Position numbers and translations under genes: made by a program. The notes under the pieces are model-generated. The model was given only the letters and a program-made list of their open reading frames with translations. It did no database searches and was not told the DNA's origin. Of a stretch of 64,000 bases of DNA, positions 23,840 to 36,860 are shown in pieces. Source of the stretch: Mobula hypostoma (taxonomy: Eukaryota); assembly GCF_963921235.1 (NCBI RefSeq), contig NC_086097.1, positions 106,332,001 to 106,396,000 on the forward strand. The letters are read 5' to 3'. The first letter of the stretch is position 1, and each line of letters starts with the position of its first letter.

Positions 23840-25590
23840 TCACAAGCTATAGGACCAGAAAAAGGCCATTTGGCCCTTTTATTCTGAGGCCGTACCCTGT
23901 AGTCCTAGACTCTCCCACTACTGGAAATATCCTCTCCACATCCACTGTATCTAGGTTTTTTAATATTCAGTAGTTTCAATGAGATCCCCCCCATCCTTCT
24001 AAACTCCAGCAAATACAGGCCCAGAGCCATCAAACACTCCTCATACATTCACCCCTTTATTCTTGTAAACCTCCTCTGAGCCCTCTCCAATGCCCGCAAA
24101 TCCTTCCTAAAATTTAGGGCCTAAAAGTGCTCACAATACTCCAAAAGTGTACATCAAATGCCTTACTCAGCTTCAGTATTACATCTTTGCAATTATTCTC
24201 TAGTGCTCTTGAAATGAATGTTAACATTGCATTTGCTTTTCTTAATATTCACTCAACTGACAAGTTATCCAGATCATTAACATATAACATGAAAAGTTGT
24301 GGACCCAACACTTACCCCTGTTGGACAGCATCGGTCATTGGCAGCCAACCAGAAAAGGCCCTCCCTATTCCCGCTCTTTGCTTTCTGCCGGCCAGCCAAC
24401 CTTCTGTCCATGCTAGTACCTTGCTTGTAATACCGTGAACTCTTACCTTGTTTAGCAGCCTCATGTACAACACCATGTCAAAAGCCTTCTGAAAATCCAA
24501 GTAGACATCTACTGAATCTTCCTTGTCCATCTTGATTGTTACTTCCTCAAAAAATTCCAACAGATTTGTCAGACAAGGGTCACTTTAAAGAAACCATGCT
24601 GGGTTTGGTCCATTTTTTCATGTGCTTCTAAGTATCCCAAAACCGCATTCTTAATAATTGACTTTAATATTTTACCAACCACCGGTCAGATTGACTGGCC
24701 TATAATATCCTGGCATTTGCAATTTTCCAGTTCTCTGGAACTATTCCTAACACGTGTAATTGTTGAAAGATCACTAGTAAGGTCTCCACAATCTGTTCAG
24801 CTACCCCAGTCAGAACCCTGGGATACTGCCCATTCAGTTCAGATGATTTATGTACCTTCAGACCTTTCACCTTCCCTAACACTGTTTCCTTAGTAATAGC
24901 AACCAGATTCACTCCTGTACCTGACTTTCTCAAATTTCTGGTATGTTACTGGTGTCTTCCACTAGCACAAAACCCTCATTCAATATGTCCACTATTCCTT
25001 CCCATTACAACTTTTCCAGCATCATTTTCCAATAGCCCAATAGCCACTATGGCCTCTCTTTTACTCCTTATGTATCTGAAAAGCTTTTAGTATCCTCTTT
25101 TATATTATTGAACAACTTACCTTCATATTTCATCTTTTTCCTCCATGTTTCTTTTTTTGCTTTCATGCTGTCTTTGTCTACCCTCATCAGCTGCAGTTGC
25201 CTCATTCTCTCTTTAGAATGCTTCTTCTTCTTTGAGATGAAATGATCCTTCTGAATAACTCTCAGAGACCCCTGCATTACCCTCATTACTGCTGCTAGGG
25301 TCCCTTTCTAATCAACTTTGGCCAGCTGCTCTCTCAGATCTCTGTAGCTACCTTCACTCAACAGTAATTCTGATACATCCAATTTCAGCTTCTCCCTCTC
25401 AAACTGAAAGGTGAATTCTATCATTTTATGATTACTGCCTCATAATATTTTCTTTGTGTTAAGCTCCCTAATCAAATCTGGTTCACTGCACAATACCAAA
25501 ATCGGAATTGCCTTTTCCCTAGTGGTCTCAACCACAAGCAACTCTCAAAAGCCATCCCATAGGTATTGTACAATAGGGAGTTAAATTGGA
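23840..25590 (-). mobile_element. CR1 LINE fragment
   Basis: VYLDFQKAFD and PENWKIAN motifs. Confidence 0.85.
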
Positions 25591-25699
25591 TGGCCCTAAA
25601 ATGAGACCCTGAGATCACAGTGCAATTTACATTAGTGTGATATACACCCAATGTGCTGCAGACCACATTCCAAATTCAAGTAGCTTACTTATTTAAGAC

Positions 25700-26175
25700 T
25701 ATAAAACCATAAAACATCGAAGCAAATTAGGCCATTCGGCCCATTGAGTCTGCTCCAGCATTCCATCATGGCTGATTTATTTTCCCTCTCAACCCCATTC
25801 TCTTGCCTTCTCTCTGTAACCTTTGACACCTTTACTAATCAAGAACCTATCAACTTCCACTTTAAATACACTCAATAACGTGGCCTACACAGCCATCTGT
25901 GGCAATGAATTCCATAGAACTAGCACCCTCTGGCTAAAGAAATTCCTTCTCATCTCTTTTCTAAAGAGAAGTCTTTCTATCTGAGACTGTGCCCTGTGGT
26001 CTTAAACTCCCCCTTAAAAGGAAACATCCTCTCATTAACCCTTTCATTACTGGGATCATTTTCATGAACCTCCTCTGGACCCCCTCAAATGCCAGCACAT
26101 CCTTTCTCAGATAAGGGGCCCAAAATTGATCACCATATTCCAAGTGCAGTCTAACCAATGCCTTATAAAGCCTTA
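25700..26175 (-). mobile_element. CR1 3' fragment
   Basis: LYKALVRLHLEY and EGVQRRF motifs, plus tail. Confidence 0.85.
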
Positions 26176-26289
26176 TATAATTGCTACTTGTGATAAGTGC
26201 CCGCAACCCCCCACCCCACACACACACTCTCAAAGAAACACCCTTTGTGCTGCTATACACGGACTAGCTTTCATATTCCGTTCCAGTCC

Positions 26290-26730
26290 TGGTACAAGTT
26301 ATTGACCCAAGTACTCTACTGCAAAAGAAGATCCAGGCAGTAGATATGAGATGCTTCAGAAGGCTCCTCAGCATCTCATACACAGACCATGCCTCAAACA
26401 ACAAAATACAAAGAACCGTCACCCAGCACATGAGACACTACAAAGATCCACTGTCCACGGTAAAGAAGACGAAACCGAGATGGTATGGCCACATAACAAG
26501 AATGTGGACTCTCAAAGACCATTCTTCAGGGATCAGTGCAGGGGAAAAGAAAAAGGGACAGACAGAGGAAGAAGTGGACAGACAACATTGCAGAGTGGAC
26601 CAGAGAGAGATTTGCCACAACCCCAGGCACTCGCCCACAACCGTGAGAGATGGAGGCAATTGGTGCCGCGTTCATCTGTACAGCGCCCCTACGACCCAGG
26701 CGGGTTGTGGGATCCGTAGCTGTAACTATA
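26290..26730 (+). mobile_element. RTE-clade LINE 3' fragment
   Basis: MRCFRRLLSISYTDH, RWYGHITR and ALAHNRERWRQLV motifs. Confidence 0.75.
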
Positions 26731-26734
26731 ACTG

Positions 26735-27670
26735 ATCTTGTCCTGGCACCTATCCCTGCTAGTAGAAGAAGTGCTACACCTGTCCATTCACCTCCTCCCT
26801 CACCACCATTCAGGATCCCAAATAGTTCTTCCAGGTGAAGCAACACTTCACCTATAGGGCTATCAGGGTCATCTACTGTATCCAGTGCTCCCACGGCAGC
26901 TTCCTCTACATCTGTGAGATTCACCATAGACTGGGGGACCACTTTATTGAGCATAAGGGTAGGCATCTTCATGCACAACAAGCAGGATTTCCCCGTAGCC
27001 AAATATTTTAATTGCACTGCCCATCCCCATTCCAACACATTGGTCCATGGCCTCCTCTAATTGCTACAATGAAGCCACTCTCAGGTTGGAGGAGCAACAC
27101 CTCAAATTCCAGCTGGGTAACCTTCAACTTCACAGCATGAACATCAATTTCTCTAACTTCCGATAATTTCTCCCCCTTCTCACTTTTTCCATTCATCTTT
27201 CTGGCTCCCCTCTTACTCCTTCTCTTCTCCTCACCTGCCCATTAACTCCCTCTTCCTTTCTCCTAACTTCCTCATATCTGGTTCCTTCTTCTTCAGCCCT
27301 TTACCTTTCCCACCTATCACTTCCCAGCTTCTCACTTTATCCACCCCCCCCACCCCCACCCACATAGCTAACTCCTCAACTGGTTTCATCCATCACTTCT
27401 AGCTTTTACTCCTCCCCCTCCCCCCATTCAACCTTCTTATTCTGGCTTATTCCCCCCTTCCTTTCCAGACGATGAAGGCTCTTGGCCCGAAACGTCGGTC
27501 TTTATTCCTCTTCATAGATGCTGCCTGACCGACTGAGTTCCTCCAGCATTTTGTGTGTGTTACTCTTGACCCAAAATGTTGAGTTACACCTTTTGCCCAC
27601 AGATGCTGAGTGCTCCACTGAGTTCTTCCAGTTTTCTGTTTTTTTCCCCAGATTTCACATCTGCAGTCTT
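26735..27670 (+). mobile_element. Penelope-like element 3' part: GIY-YIG remnant, pLTR, minimal hammerhead and duplicated tail
   Basis: Frameshifted HFT..S.VIYCIQCS...LYI.E...RLG..F.EH and ATLRLEEQHL..LG.LQ...MNI.FSNF; hammerhead-like motif at ~27466-27500. Confidence 0.85.
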
Positions 27671-27959
27671 TTTTGTCTTCAAGCTCATAGATGTTGTGTA
27701 CAGTCACTGAGGCCTCAGCTTTCATTTGTGCACTCATATAAGATGAAGAATAGACTATCTTTTATGTTTTATGTCCCAAGATTACAGTGTATGTTCTACC
27801 TTCAATAATGTATGCAGATGCTTTGCCACTCAGTCAGTGAAATGCAACAGTCCAAATTTTGCTGGTGACACTGACATTTCTCTGATAAATCACTGGTACT
27901 TACCACAGTGAACATAAGTTTAAGTAAACACAGTAAATTTAGACTTGAGCCATGCATGT

Positions 27960-28400
27960 CTTGACGTGGGTGATAGATTGCGGCTGTTCAATCTGCCAGT
28001 GCACTCCACCACTGGATGCTGCACGGATCTATGAGCCTATTTACTGTTCATGACGTGAAGCAGCTAATATAATCGAAGATGCCAATCTCCCCCAACATTC
28101 CTTCTGCACCCCCCATCAGATAGAACATACAAAAGTCTAAAGGCATGCACCACCAGGCTCATGGACAGCTTCCATCCAGCTATTATGAGATTACTGAACG
28201 ATAAAACATACTATTGACCTCACAATCTTCGTGACTGTGGCTTTGCATCTTATTGTCTGTCTGTAATGTACTTTGTTGTAACAATAACATTTTATTCTGT
28301 ATTCTAGTTGTTTTCCCTTGTCCTATCTGAATACACTTTTGTAATGAAATAATCTGCAAGCAAACACCGTTCCTCCACACGTGACAATAATAAACCAACT
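27960..28400 (+). mobile_element. Rex-Babar 3' fragment, decayed
   Basis: Similar to the other Rex 3' ends in the window. Confidence 0.55.
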
Positions 28401-28914
28401 TAACATGTAAGAGGCACAGAATAATTGTTATTTGAGCTTACAGTAAAGCTTTTCATGATGTAAAACTGTGTTTGATGTTCATTCAGCTAGTGAAATTTAA
28501 AAACCTTTTTTTAATAAAAGTTGCTCAGAAGTCTTCCTAAAAGTGAGCAGCTCTGACAGCTGGCGAAGTTGGATCTGGAGCTTTGCTGTCAATCAAAAAT
28601 TCTCTCAGCAGCTGTGTGGGCGGGGTTTTTACAGGACCATCCATGAGACCTAATTATATCATGTGAAGCCCAGGGGCTGAGCAGTGCATTGGTGATTGGG
28701 TTCAGTCAAGGGGTAAATCTGGTTCTTTGGATCGGAATGAAGAATATTTGGGGAAATAGGCAATCCAGATTTCAAGCTGTATGTCCCATGAAGCAAAACT
28801 TGGACCAATTTTTTTAAAGCTTTACAGCATTTATTTTTATAAATAACACAGGGTTCCTTGACTAGAGATATAGTCAAACCTCCTTTAAAGGATTTGTCAG
28901 TACATAATCTTGTA

Positions 28915-29320
28915 ACACACACAAAACAGAGGAACACAGCAAGTCAGGCAGCATCTATAAAGCCAGAATAAGAAAATATGGGGAGGGGACAGGTGATAGA
29001 TGAAATTAGGTAAGGGTGTAGGTGGGTGGTTGAGGGAGGGGATTGAAGTGAGAGGCTGGGTGGTGATAGGAAGAAGAGGTAAAGTGGGAGTCTAATAGCA
29101 GAAGACAGTGGACCATGGATGAAAGGGTGAGGAGGAAGGGCGTCAGAAGGAGGTGATAGGAGGGTGAGGAGGAGAAGAAGGGAGAGGGGAAGCAGAATGA
29201 GGAATGGAAAGAGAGAAAGGGGAGGGGAGAATAAATTACCGGAAGTTAGAGAAATGGATATTCATGCTATCAGGTTGGAAGCTACCCATACAGAATATGA
29301 GGCATTGCTCCTCCAGTGCG
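28915..29320 (-). mobile_element. Penelope-like 3' fragment
   Basis: Same purine-rich pLTR and GIY-YIG C-terminal end. Confidence 0.7.
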
Positions 29321-29571
29321 ATGGTCATAGCATGAACATTGATTTCTCTAAATTCCTTGTGAATACCTTCTGCACCCTCATTATCGTAATCACATCCTTT
29401 GTATAGTATGACAACCAGAAGTCCACACAATACTCCAGATAAAGTTTTAAAATGTCTTGTTGATCTGTAACAAGACATCCATCTCTTGTTTTCAGTGCCC
29501 TAACTGATAAAGAGAAGCTGGTCATATGCCCGATTCACTACCCTGTCTGTGTCAGCACATTCATTGAAGTA

Positions 29572-30022
29572 TAGAAACACAAAAAATAGTTGCAGGAGTA
29601 GGCCATTCGGCCCTTCAAGCCTGCACTGCCATTCAGTATGATCATGGCTGATCATCCAACTCAGAACCCTGTACCAGCCTTCCCTCCATACCCCCGATCC
29701 CTTTAGCCACAAGGGCCATATCTAACTCCCTCTTAAATATAGCCAATGAACTGGCCTCAACTGTTTCCTGTGGCAGAGAATTCCACAGATTCACCACTCT
29801 CTGTGTGAAGAAGTTTTTCCTAATCTCGGTCCTAAAAGGCTTCCCCTTTATCCTCAAACTGTGACCCCTCGTTCTGGACTTCCCCAACATTGGGAACAAT
29901 CTTCCTGCATCTAGCCTGTCCAATCCCTTTAGGATTTTATATGTTTTAGTAAGATCCCCCCTCAATCATCTAAATTCCAATGAGTATAAGCCTAGTCGAT
30001 CCAGTCTTTCATCATATGAAAG
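29572..30022 (-). mobile_element. CR1 3' fragment (young)
   Basis: ORF 29642-29965: RGDL..TYKILKGLD, RTRGH and FFTQRVVNLWNSLP. Confidence 0.92.
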
Positions 30023-31227
30023 TACTTACTTGTACTCCTTGATCTCTTTATTCCATATACTCTTCTGGAAATCAGAAGTGTGTATAGTTTTGAGTTTAGA
30101 TTTTGTACCTATTATTTTTATTATTTGTTATTATTAACACTAAGTCATTTTCCTCCCATATAGTGTTGTTTCATTAAGGTTAAACTATTTAAGTGGCCTC
30201 ATGTTTCTTCACTATACTGATTGAACAGTACTAACACTGCTTACTTGGTATCTACATTATGCAGCTGATTAAAATATAAATTCTTCCTCCCTTTTTATTC
30301 CTTCTAAAAGCTTCTTACTGCAAGATACAAAATTGAAGCATGAGTGGAGAAAATTCCAATTCTAAACCAATTCCAAAACATAAAAGTTTTGCCTGGATAC
30401 TTCTCCATGGCAAGTGAATGGACGTTAATTATTAGGTGAAAATTTACAGTGTAGCTGCTTCAAAAGAAAATTCTTCTGTTGAATCAGTAACTCAGTTCTC
30501 ATTTTTTTCTCTACCTTCTTTGTGTCTCTGCTTGGAGTGTGTTTGCTTTAATAACTGTCATTTGAGAATGCTCCAAATCAGATTTATTTTCCTTCAACTG
30601 CGCCCTTCAGTATAACAATGGCCAGACTTCCTTTAACCACGTGTGCAATTACAGGCCTGTTGATACATGTCACCTACTCCACCCTGCTGATAACCACTTT
30701 TTTTCATTTCACTTGAGAAACTACATTTGTCCTAATCTCCTTATCCATCCTTTCACAAACCCTTGATTGTTCTATTGGAAATGTCCTTCCTCATATCAGT
30801 CCCTGTGCTTTTTATTTCTCTCTATACTAACCACCTCCTACACCAAACAGCCACCTGCTTTATGAATCTTACTTTGTTTCTCATGTAAATGAACAGTTGG
30901 ATTCTTTTATTTCTTCCAGGACTGGGTTTGTCTTATCGCTCTTGTCCCTTTGGGGGGATGCCAATTGGTTTTATCCAGAGATGTATCATTTCCTATGCCT
31001 TCCCTTAGAAGAAAAGAATCACTTCATCAACAACCCTCTCTGGTGCGGCAGATTAACAGCTAGACATCACTTACCTTATAACACTACTCCCAACTGGATT
31101 CTGTAAAACTCAATTAAACTTGCCCCTATTGAAATTTGAATTGCATTAAGTTGAACAGAAATTCTTCAAGTGTGGAGACATGGCTGAAATAACTCCATCA
31201 CACCCATTTCTCATGGCTTTGTATATC

Positions 31228-31480
31228 TGAGCGCCTTGGTACTGTAGCAGTTTGCGCAACACTATTACAGTCCAGGATGTTGGAGTTTGGAGTTCAATTC
31301 CAATGTTGTCTGTAAGGAGTCTGTCGGTCCTCCTTGTGGAATGTGTGCGTTTCTCCAAGTGCTCCGGTTTCCTCCCACAGTCCAAAAACGAACCAATTAG
31401 TAGGTTAATTGGTCATTGTAAATTGTCCCTTGATTAGGTTAGGGTTAAATTGGGGGTTGCTGCTTGGCGTGGCTTGAACC
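31228..31480 (+). mobile_element. V-SINE-like SINE
   Basis: B-box-like gagttcaattcc followed by the V core. Confidence 0.75.
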
Positions 31481-32014
31481 AAGCAGCAACTTGGTCATAT
31501 CGTTTCATTGGTTTGGGCTAAGCCTATAGCAAACTTGGCACGAAAGCAGGTACTTGATTCTTGCATGCCACACTCAAAATATTAATTGCAGAGTTGAAAA
31601 GAGAGTCCTCATGCTTAGGATCACAGCAAGACTTCCCGATCAGGAACACAATAGCAGTAGTAGAATAAGGCTAAGAAGGTATCAAACAAAGCACCAAAGC
31701 ATGGTGTTAAGCACATGGATGTAAAGCCTGAAAATTTAAGACCTCAAATGCGTGGTCAAGATCAGTTAAGAAATTCTGTCCCATTATTTTTCCTCCGCAC
31801 TCCAAATTAAACATCTCCATAACAAACACAATACTCAGGCACTTCCTACCATTTCAGAAGTAGCACATCTTTCAGTTGTCATTCCCAGTTAGTCAACAGT
31901 GACAGGCACGTCACACATGGAACACCACAACACACTCATCCCCCTCTCATGCAGTTGAAGGTGACATATAACCTAACTCAGCAACATGTTCAATGTTCTG
32001 TGATCTGGAGGGGC

Positions 32015-32385
32015 AAGTACGAGGAAATCTGCAGATGCTGGAAATTCAAGCAACACACACAAAAACTGCTGGTGAACGCAGCAGGCCAGGCAGCATCTAT
32101 AGGAAGAGGTACAGTCGATGTTTTGGGCCGATACCCTTCATCAGGACTAACTGAAAGAAGAGATAGTAAGAGAATTGAAAGTGGGAGGGGGAAGGGGAGA
32201 TCCGAAATGACAGGAGAAGACAGGATGGGAAGGGATGGAGCGAAGAGTTGGAAAGTTGATTGGCAAAAGGGATACGAGGCTGGAGAAGGGAGAGGATTAT
32301 GGGACGGGAGGCCTAGTGAGAAAGAAAGTGGGGGGAGAAGCCAGGAGGATGGGCAAGGAGTTATAGTGAGAGGGACAGAGACAGA
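32015..32385 (-). mobile_element. Penelope-like pLTR with minimal hammerhead
   Basis: Reverse strand reads cagttagtcctgatgaagggtatcggcccaaaacatcgactgt. Confidence 0.85.
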
Positions 32386-32723
32386 AATCAGGGTAGGTGC
32401 TACAGACACCAAGACAAAGTGGTGGTGCAGAGCTGGTTGAAGATGATGGTACGCTCCTGTTTAATATTCCTTCTCATATCCAGCAACCTATTTAGTTTAC
32501 CAGATGTCATTTCACATCCTCTTCTCACCCTAACCACAGATCTTGTTCCTTTCAAATATCTAACAACTCCAGGTGCTCCAGGCCCCAGCAGCTGAACTGG
32601 GAGATTCCACCCCATCCTCACCCACCTGACACTTAACCTGATACTTGCTTAGCCACTCAGAAAGTGTCACTTCTTGTGGATAGCACAGGTTTCTTTAGAA
32701 GGAAGGTCTGCAGCTTGTACATC

Positions 32724-33990
32724 ATATAGTCATAATCATAGTCATAGTCATACTTTATTGGTCCTGGGGGAAATTGGTTTTCGTTACAGTTGCACCATAA
32801 ATAATTAAATAGTAATATGTAAATTATGCCAGGAAATAAGTCCAGGACCAGCCTATTGGCTCAGGGTGTCTCACCCTCCAAGGGAGGAGTTGTAAAGTTT
32901 GATGGCCACAGGCAGGAATGACTTCCTATGACGCTCAGGGTTGCATCTTGGTGGAATGAGTCTCTGGCTGAATGTACTCCTGTGCCCAACCAGTACATTA
33001 TGTAATGGATGGGAGACATTGTCCAAGATGGCATGCGACTTGAACAGCATCCTCTTTTCAGACACCACTGTGAGAGAGTCCAGTTCCATTCCCACAACAT
33101 CACTGGCCTTACGAATGAATTTGTTGATTCTATTGGTGTCTGCTACCCTCCGCCTGCTGCCCCAGCACACAACAGCAAACAGGCCTTTTGGCCCTTCTTG
33201 GTTGTGCCGAACCATTTTCTGCAGATCAGTGGGACTAGGCAGAAAATGGTTCGGCACAGCCAAGAAGGGCCAAAAGGCCTGTTTCGGTGCTGTAGATCCT
33301 ATGGTTCTATGTATGATAGCACTGGCCACCACAGACTCGTAGAACGTCCTCAGCATCATCCGACAGATGTTAAAGGACCTCAGTCTCCTCAGGAAATAGA
33401 GACGGTTCTGACCCTTCTTGTAGACAGACTTAGTGTTCTTTGACCAGTCCATTTTATTGTCAATTCGTATCCCCAGGTATTTGTAATCCTCCACCATGTC
33501 CACACTGATCCCCTGGATGGAAACAGGGGTCACCGGTGCCTTAGCCCTCCTCAGGTCTACCACCAGCTCCTTAGTCTTTTTCCCATTAAGCTGCAGATAA
33601 TTCTGCTCACACCATGGAACAAAGTTTCCCACCGTAGCCCTGTACTCAGCCTCATCTCCCTTGTTGATGCATCCAACTATGGCAGAGTCATCAGAAAACT
33701 TCTGAAGATGGCAAGAATCTGTGCAGTAATTGAAGTCCCAGGTATAAATAGTGAAGAGAAAGGGAGACAAGACAGTCCTCTGTGGAGCCCCAGTGCTGCT
33801 GATCACTCTGTCAGACACACAGTGTTGCAAGCACACGTACTGTGGTCTGCCAGTCAGGTAATCAAGAATCCATGACACCAGGAAAGCATCCACCTGCATC
33901 ACTGTCAGCTTCTCCCCCAGCAGAGCAGGGCGGATGGTGTTGAACGCCCTGGAGAAGTCAAAAAACATGACCCTCACAGTGCTTGCTGGC
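32724..33990 (-). mobile_element. Rex1/Babar LINE, 5'-truncated, RT ORF still open (32871-33977)
   Basis: FFDFSRAFNTI, GAPQRTVLSPFLF, KFSDDS and YKYLG motifs; short-repeat tail at 32724-32752. Confidence 0.92.
33177..33312. repeat. Fold-back CR1-type tail insertion with a 46-bp hairpin
   Basis: 33177-33222 is the reverse complement of 33239-33284 except for one G:U; 16-nt loop. Confidence 0.9.
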
Positions 33991-34114
33991 TATTGTTTTC
34001 TGCAACATACCTTAGAATATGTGCTCGTACTGATAAGTTCTGAATGCAATCATTTTTACAAGAGACGGAAGCTTCAGAACAAGGTATGTGCATTATTTAT
34101 TAGATTTGATTAGG

Positions 34115-34395
34115 TTTATTTGTTCCACGTACATCAAAACATACAAACAGTGAAATTGTGTTGGGGGCAGCCTGCAAATGTCGCCATGCTTCCAGCACCA
34201 ATGTAGCATGCCCTCTAATTCCTAACCCTAGCTCTAACTGAGCATCTTTGGAATGTGAGAGGAAACCGCAGCACCTGGAGGAAACCTATGGAGGGCACGG
34301 GGAGAACATTCAAACTCGTTACAGACAGTAGTGTGAATCAAACCCCAACAAGTGATCACTGGTGCTGTAAAGTGATTGTACTAACTGCTATGCTG
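34115..34395 (-). mobile_element. V-SINE-like SINE
   Basis: Matches the copy at 12478-12770. Confidence 0.7.
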
Positions 34396-35560
34396 AGTCT
34401 AACTGCAAAGTACATGATTCTTTCCATGTACACAGAGTGATCTAATTATACTGCACACCCAGATGCAATTTACCTATGTACATCAATACAGAATATTGCA
34501 TCTGTTTTTGAAAAACGACTCACAAATATTCTTTGCAGGTATGCCCGATCATGTGTCTGGCTTCCACAGTCTGTTGCACCTTCTGCTTAACTCTCTATTG
34601 TCACTCAGCAGAACCTCATCCCTTTCTCTGACTGTGACATTGATGCCAATGTTCTGCACACCCCCTCCCTTGAGAAAGTCAAGTTTATTGCCATATGCAT
34701 ATAGGCATGTGCACAAGCGCCATGAAAAACCTACTCACAAGCATGTAGCATCATATAGGCAGCCCTCACGAGGAAAACATTAATTATATAGAATTATTCA
34801 AAGAAAACATAATTAGAACAAAAATGTCCGTTTTAGTGCAGAGTGGTCAAAATGGTCATAGTATTGCAAAATTGCAGTGATTAGTGACTATCACTTCTTT
34901 TTCAATTTATGTTTTTTATTTTGCTTTGGTTAAGATTATATAAAGCAGATGCTAAAGACTATACTTGCACATCATCATTAACACATTTGATAAGACAACC
35001 TATGGATCTGAAGCATTACACTGCCGTACTCCAGGGTTTCTGCCATATCACAGTGAATCAATAGATATCCTATTGAAATTGCACTGACAATGGATCAAAT
35101 GCTCATGCAGTGGTATTGATCAAATTTTATCTGACTGTCAGTACAATTCCACTTCTTGGTTTTCTAAAGGAGTTTGTGCAGCTGGTATGAATACAGCAAT
35201 GGTGCTGCAAAGTATTGGGTTCACTGTCCTTAAAGCCCTAAACTCACATTAAGACTTTAAACCCTATCTGATACAGGTATCTACAGGTACCATCATTATA
35301 GGGAGGTGACACTGAATCCACCCACTCTGAAGGGACCAGCTTTCTTCCCTGTCTTGTCTCTGTGAAGTCCAGCTGCCAATACCCACTGACTCCCCCTCCC
35401 TAACCCAGTTTATTTTATTCTTAATGATACATGTTTTCATTAAGACAATTAGTTCTTATCGCACAGAGGATTTCTGATTTGTAATTTTTTCCGAATTACA
35501 GAAGATGAGTTGACTATAAATGATTTTCAAACACAGGTACACTTCTTATGAACTAAAAGC

Positions 35561-36060
35561 TAGATAGATAGATAGATAGATAGATATACTTTACTAATCC
35601 TGAGGGAAATTTGGTTTCGTTACAGCCGCACCAACCAAGAATAGAGCGTAAATATAGCAATACAAAAAACCCCAACAATCAAACACCAAAATGCAAACTA
35701 TGCCAGATGGAAAATAAGTCCAGGACCAGTCTATTGGATCAGGGTGTCTGACCCTCCACGGGAGGAGCTGCACGTTCGATGGCCACAGGCAGGAATGACC
35801 TCCCATGCCGCCAAGTGTTGTATCATGGTGGATAGTGGCCGAAGTCCAACAGTAAAAAGTTCAAAATCCAGTCCGCAAACACGTTCCTCGATCGAAATAT
35901 ACCCTGGATTGCACCGTCCATTGTTACCCAGAACAATAAGCACCCAATTCCTTTACGCTTACCGTTCTCAGTGCACTTCCGGTCAGGCAGAACGGTATTA
36001 CCCACCGAACTCCTCTTCTCCAAAAGTCTCTGTTGTCTCAACCCGGTTTTCTTTCCAACG
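35561..36060 (-). mobile_element. Bipartite non-autonomous element: CpG-rich head, Rex-Babar 3' end and (TATC)n tail
   Basis: 35590-35830 matches the Rex 3' end at 32750-32950; 35830-36060 is unrelated to RT. Confidence 0.7.
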
Positions 36061-36585
36061 AGTTATAGGTGAATGAATTGTCCATCACAGAAACTGAGGG
36101 TTGAGGAATTAATTCTAGTTTTTCTTTCTGTCATTCTCCTTGTCATTCCCAACAATCCCCAATGCTTTCCAGCATTTATACTCTTTTGCTACTAGTTGAC
36201 ATTATCTGCATGTGATGTTTATCAGATATCTTTGCTGGGATAAAGTAATTCACACAGATGGTCTAAAAGCTCCTGAGCCAGAGGTCCCAAACACTTAAAA
36301 TTAAAACTGTGAGGGCTGACACTCTGAGTACACAAATATTCCAACTATTGACTGATCAATCATACCTATGACCACAATATGACATAACTCAATTGTTTTG
36401 CGTTTGACTAATGCAGACAAGAAGTCCCATGGTCACTTCACTTTGTAAATTACATCTATTCGCAGTCAGAACCACTCCACCCCCATTGTGGGCCAGCAGC
36501 CTGTGCTCTGTAACAATGCTGTTTTCAAGCTGTGCTTCTAACTTCAGACTGATTAATCATCATAATTATGCACCAAACCATATAA

Positions 36586-36860
36586 CCATGATTGTTCTTG
36601 GCAAATTTTTCTGCACAAGTGGTTTGCCATTGCCTTCTTCTGGGCAGTGACTTTACAAGATTGGTGACCGTAGCCATTATCAATACTCTTCAGAGATTAT
36701 CTGCCTGGCATCAGTGGCTGCATAACCAGGACATGTAATATGTACCTGCTGTTCATGTGACCATCCTCCACCTGCTCCCATGGCTTTGTGTGACCCTGAT
36801 CGGGGGCTAAGCGGATGCTACACTTTGTCCAAGGGTGACCTGCAGGCCAGTGGAGGGACC
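36586..36860 (-). mobile_element. RTE-tailed SINE/non-autonomous fragment
   Basis: RTE-type 3' motif (gaaggcaatggcaaaccact on the - strand). Confidence 0.55.

Noticed and set aside
28622..28665. V(D)J recombination signal (ggtttttac nonamer-like)
   Set aside because: No heptamer at 12/23 spacing and no V or J segment nearby.
31949..32440. 163-aa and 140-aa ORFs, with similar ORFs at 40.5 and 48.2 kb
   Set aside because: Low-complexity translations of the Penelope pLTR repeat.
34527..34545. Recursive splice site (ttctttgcAG|GTatg)
   Set aside because: The pyrimidine tract is short and such a motif is expected by chance in 64 kb.
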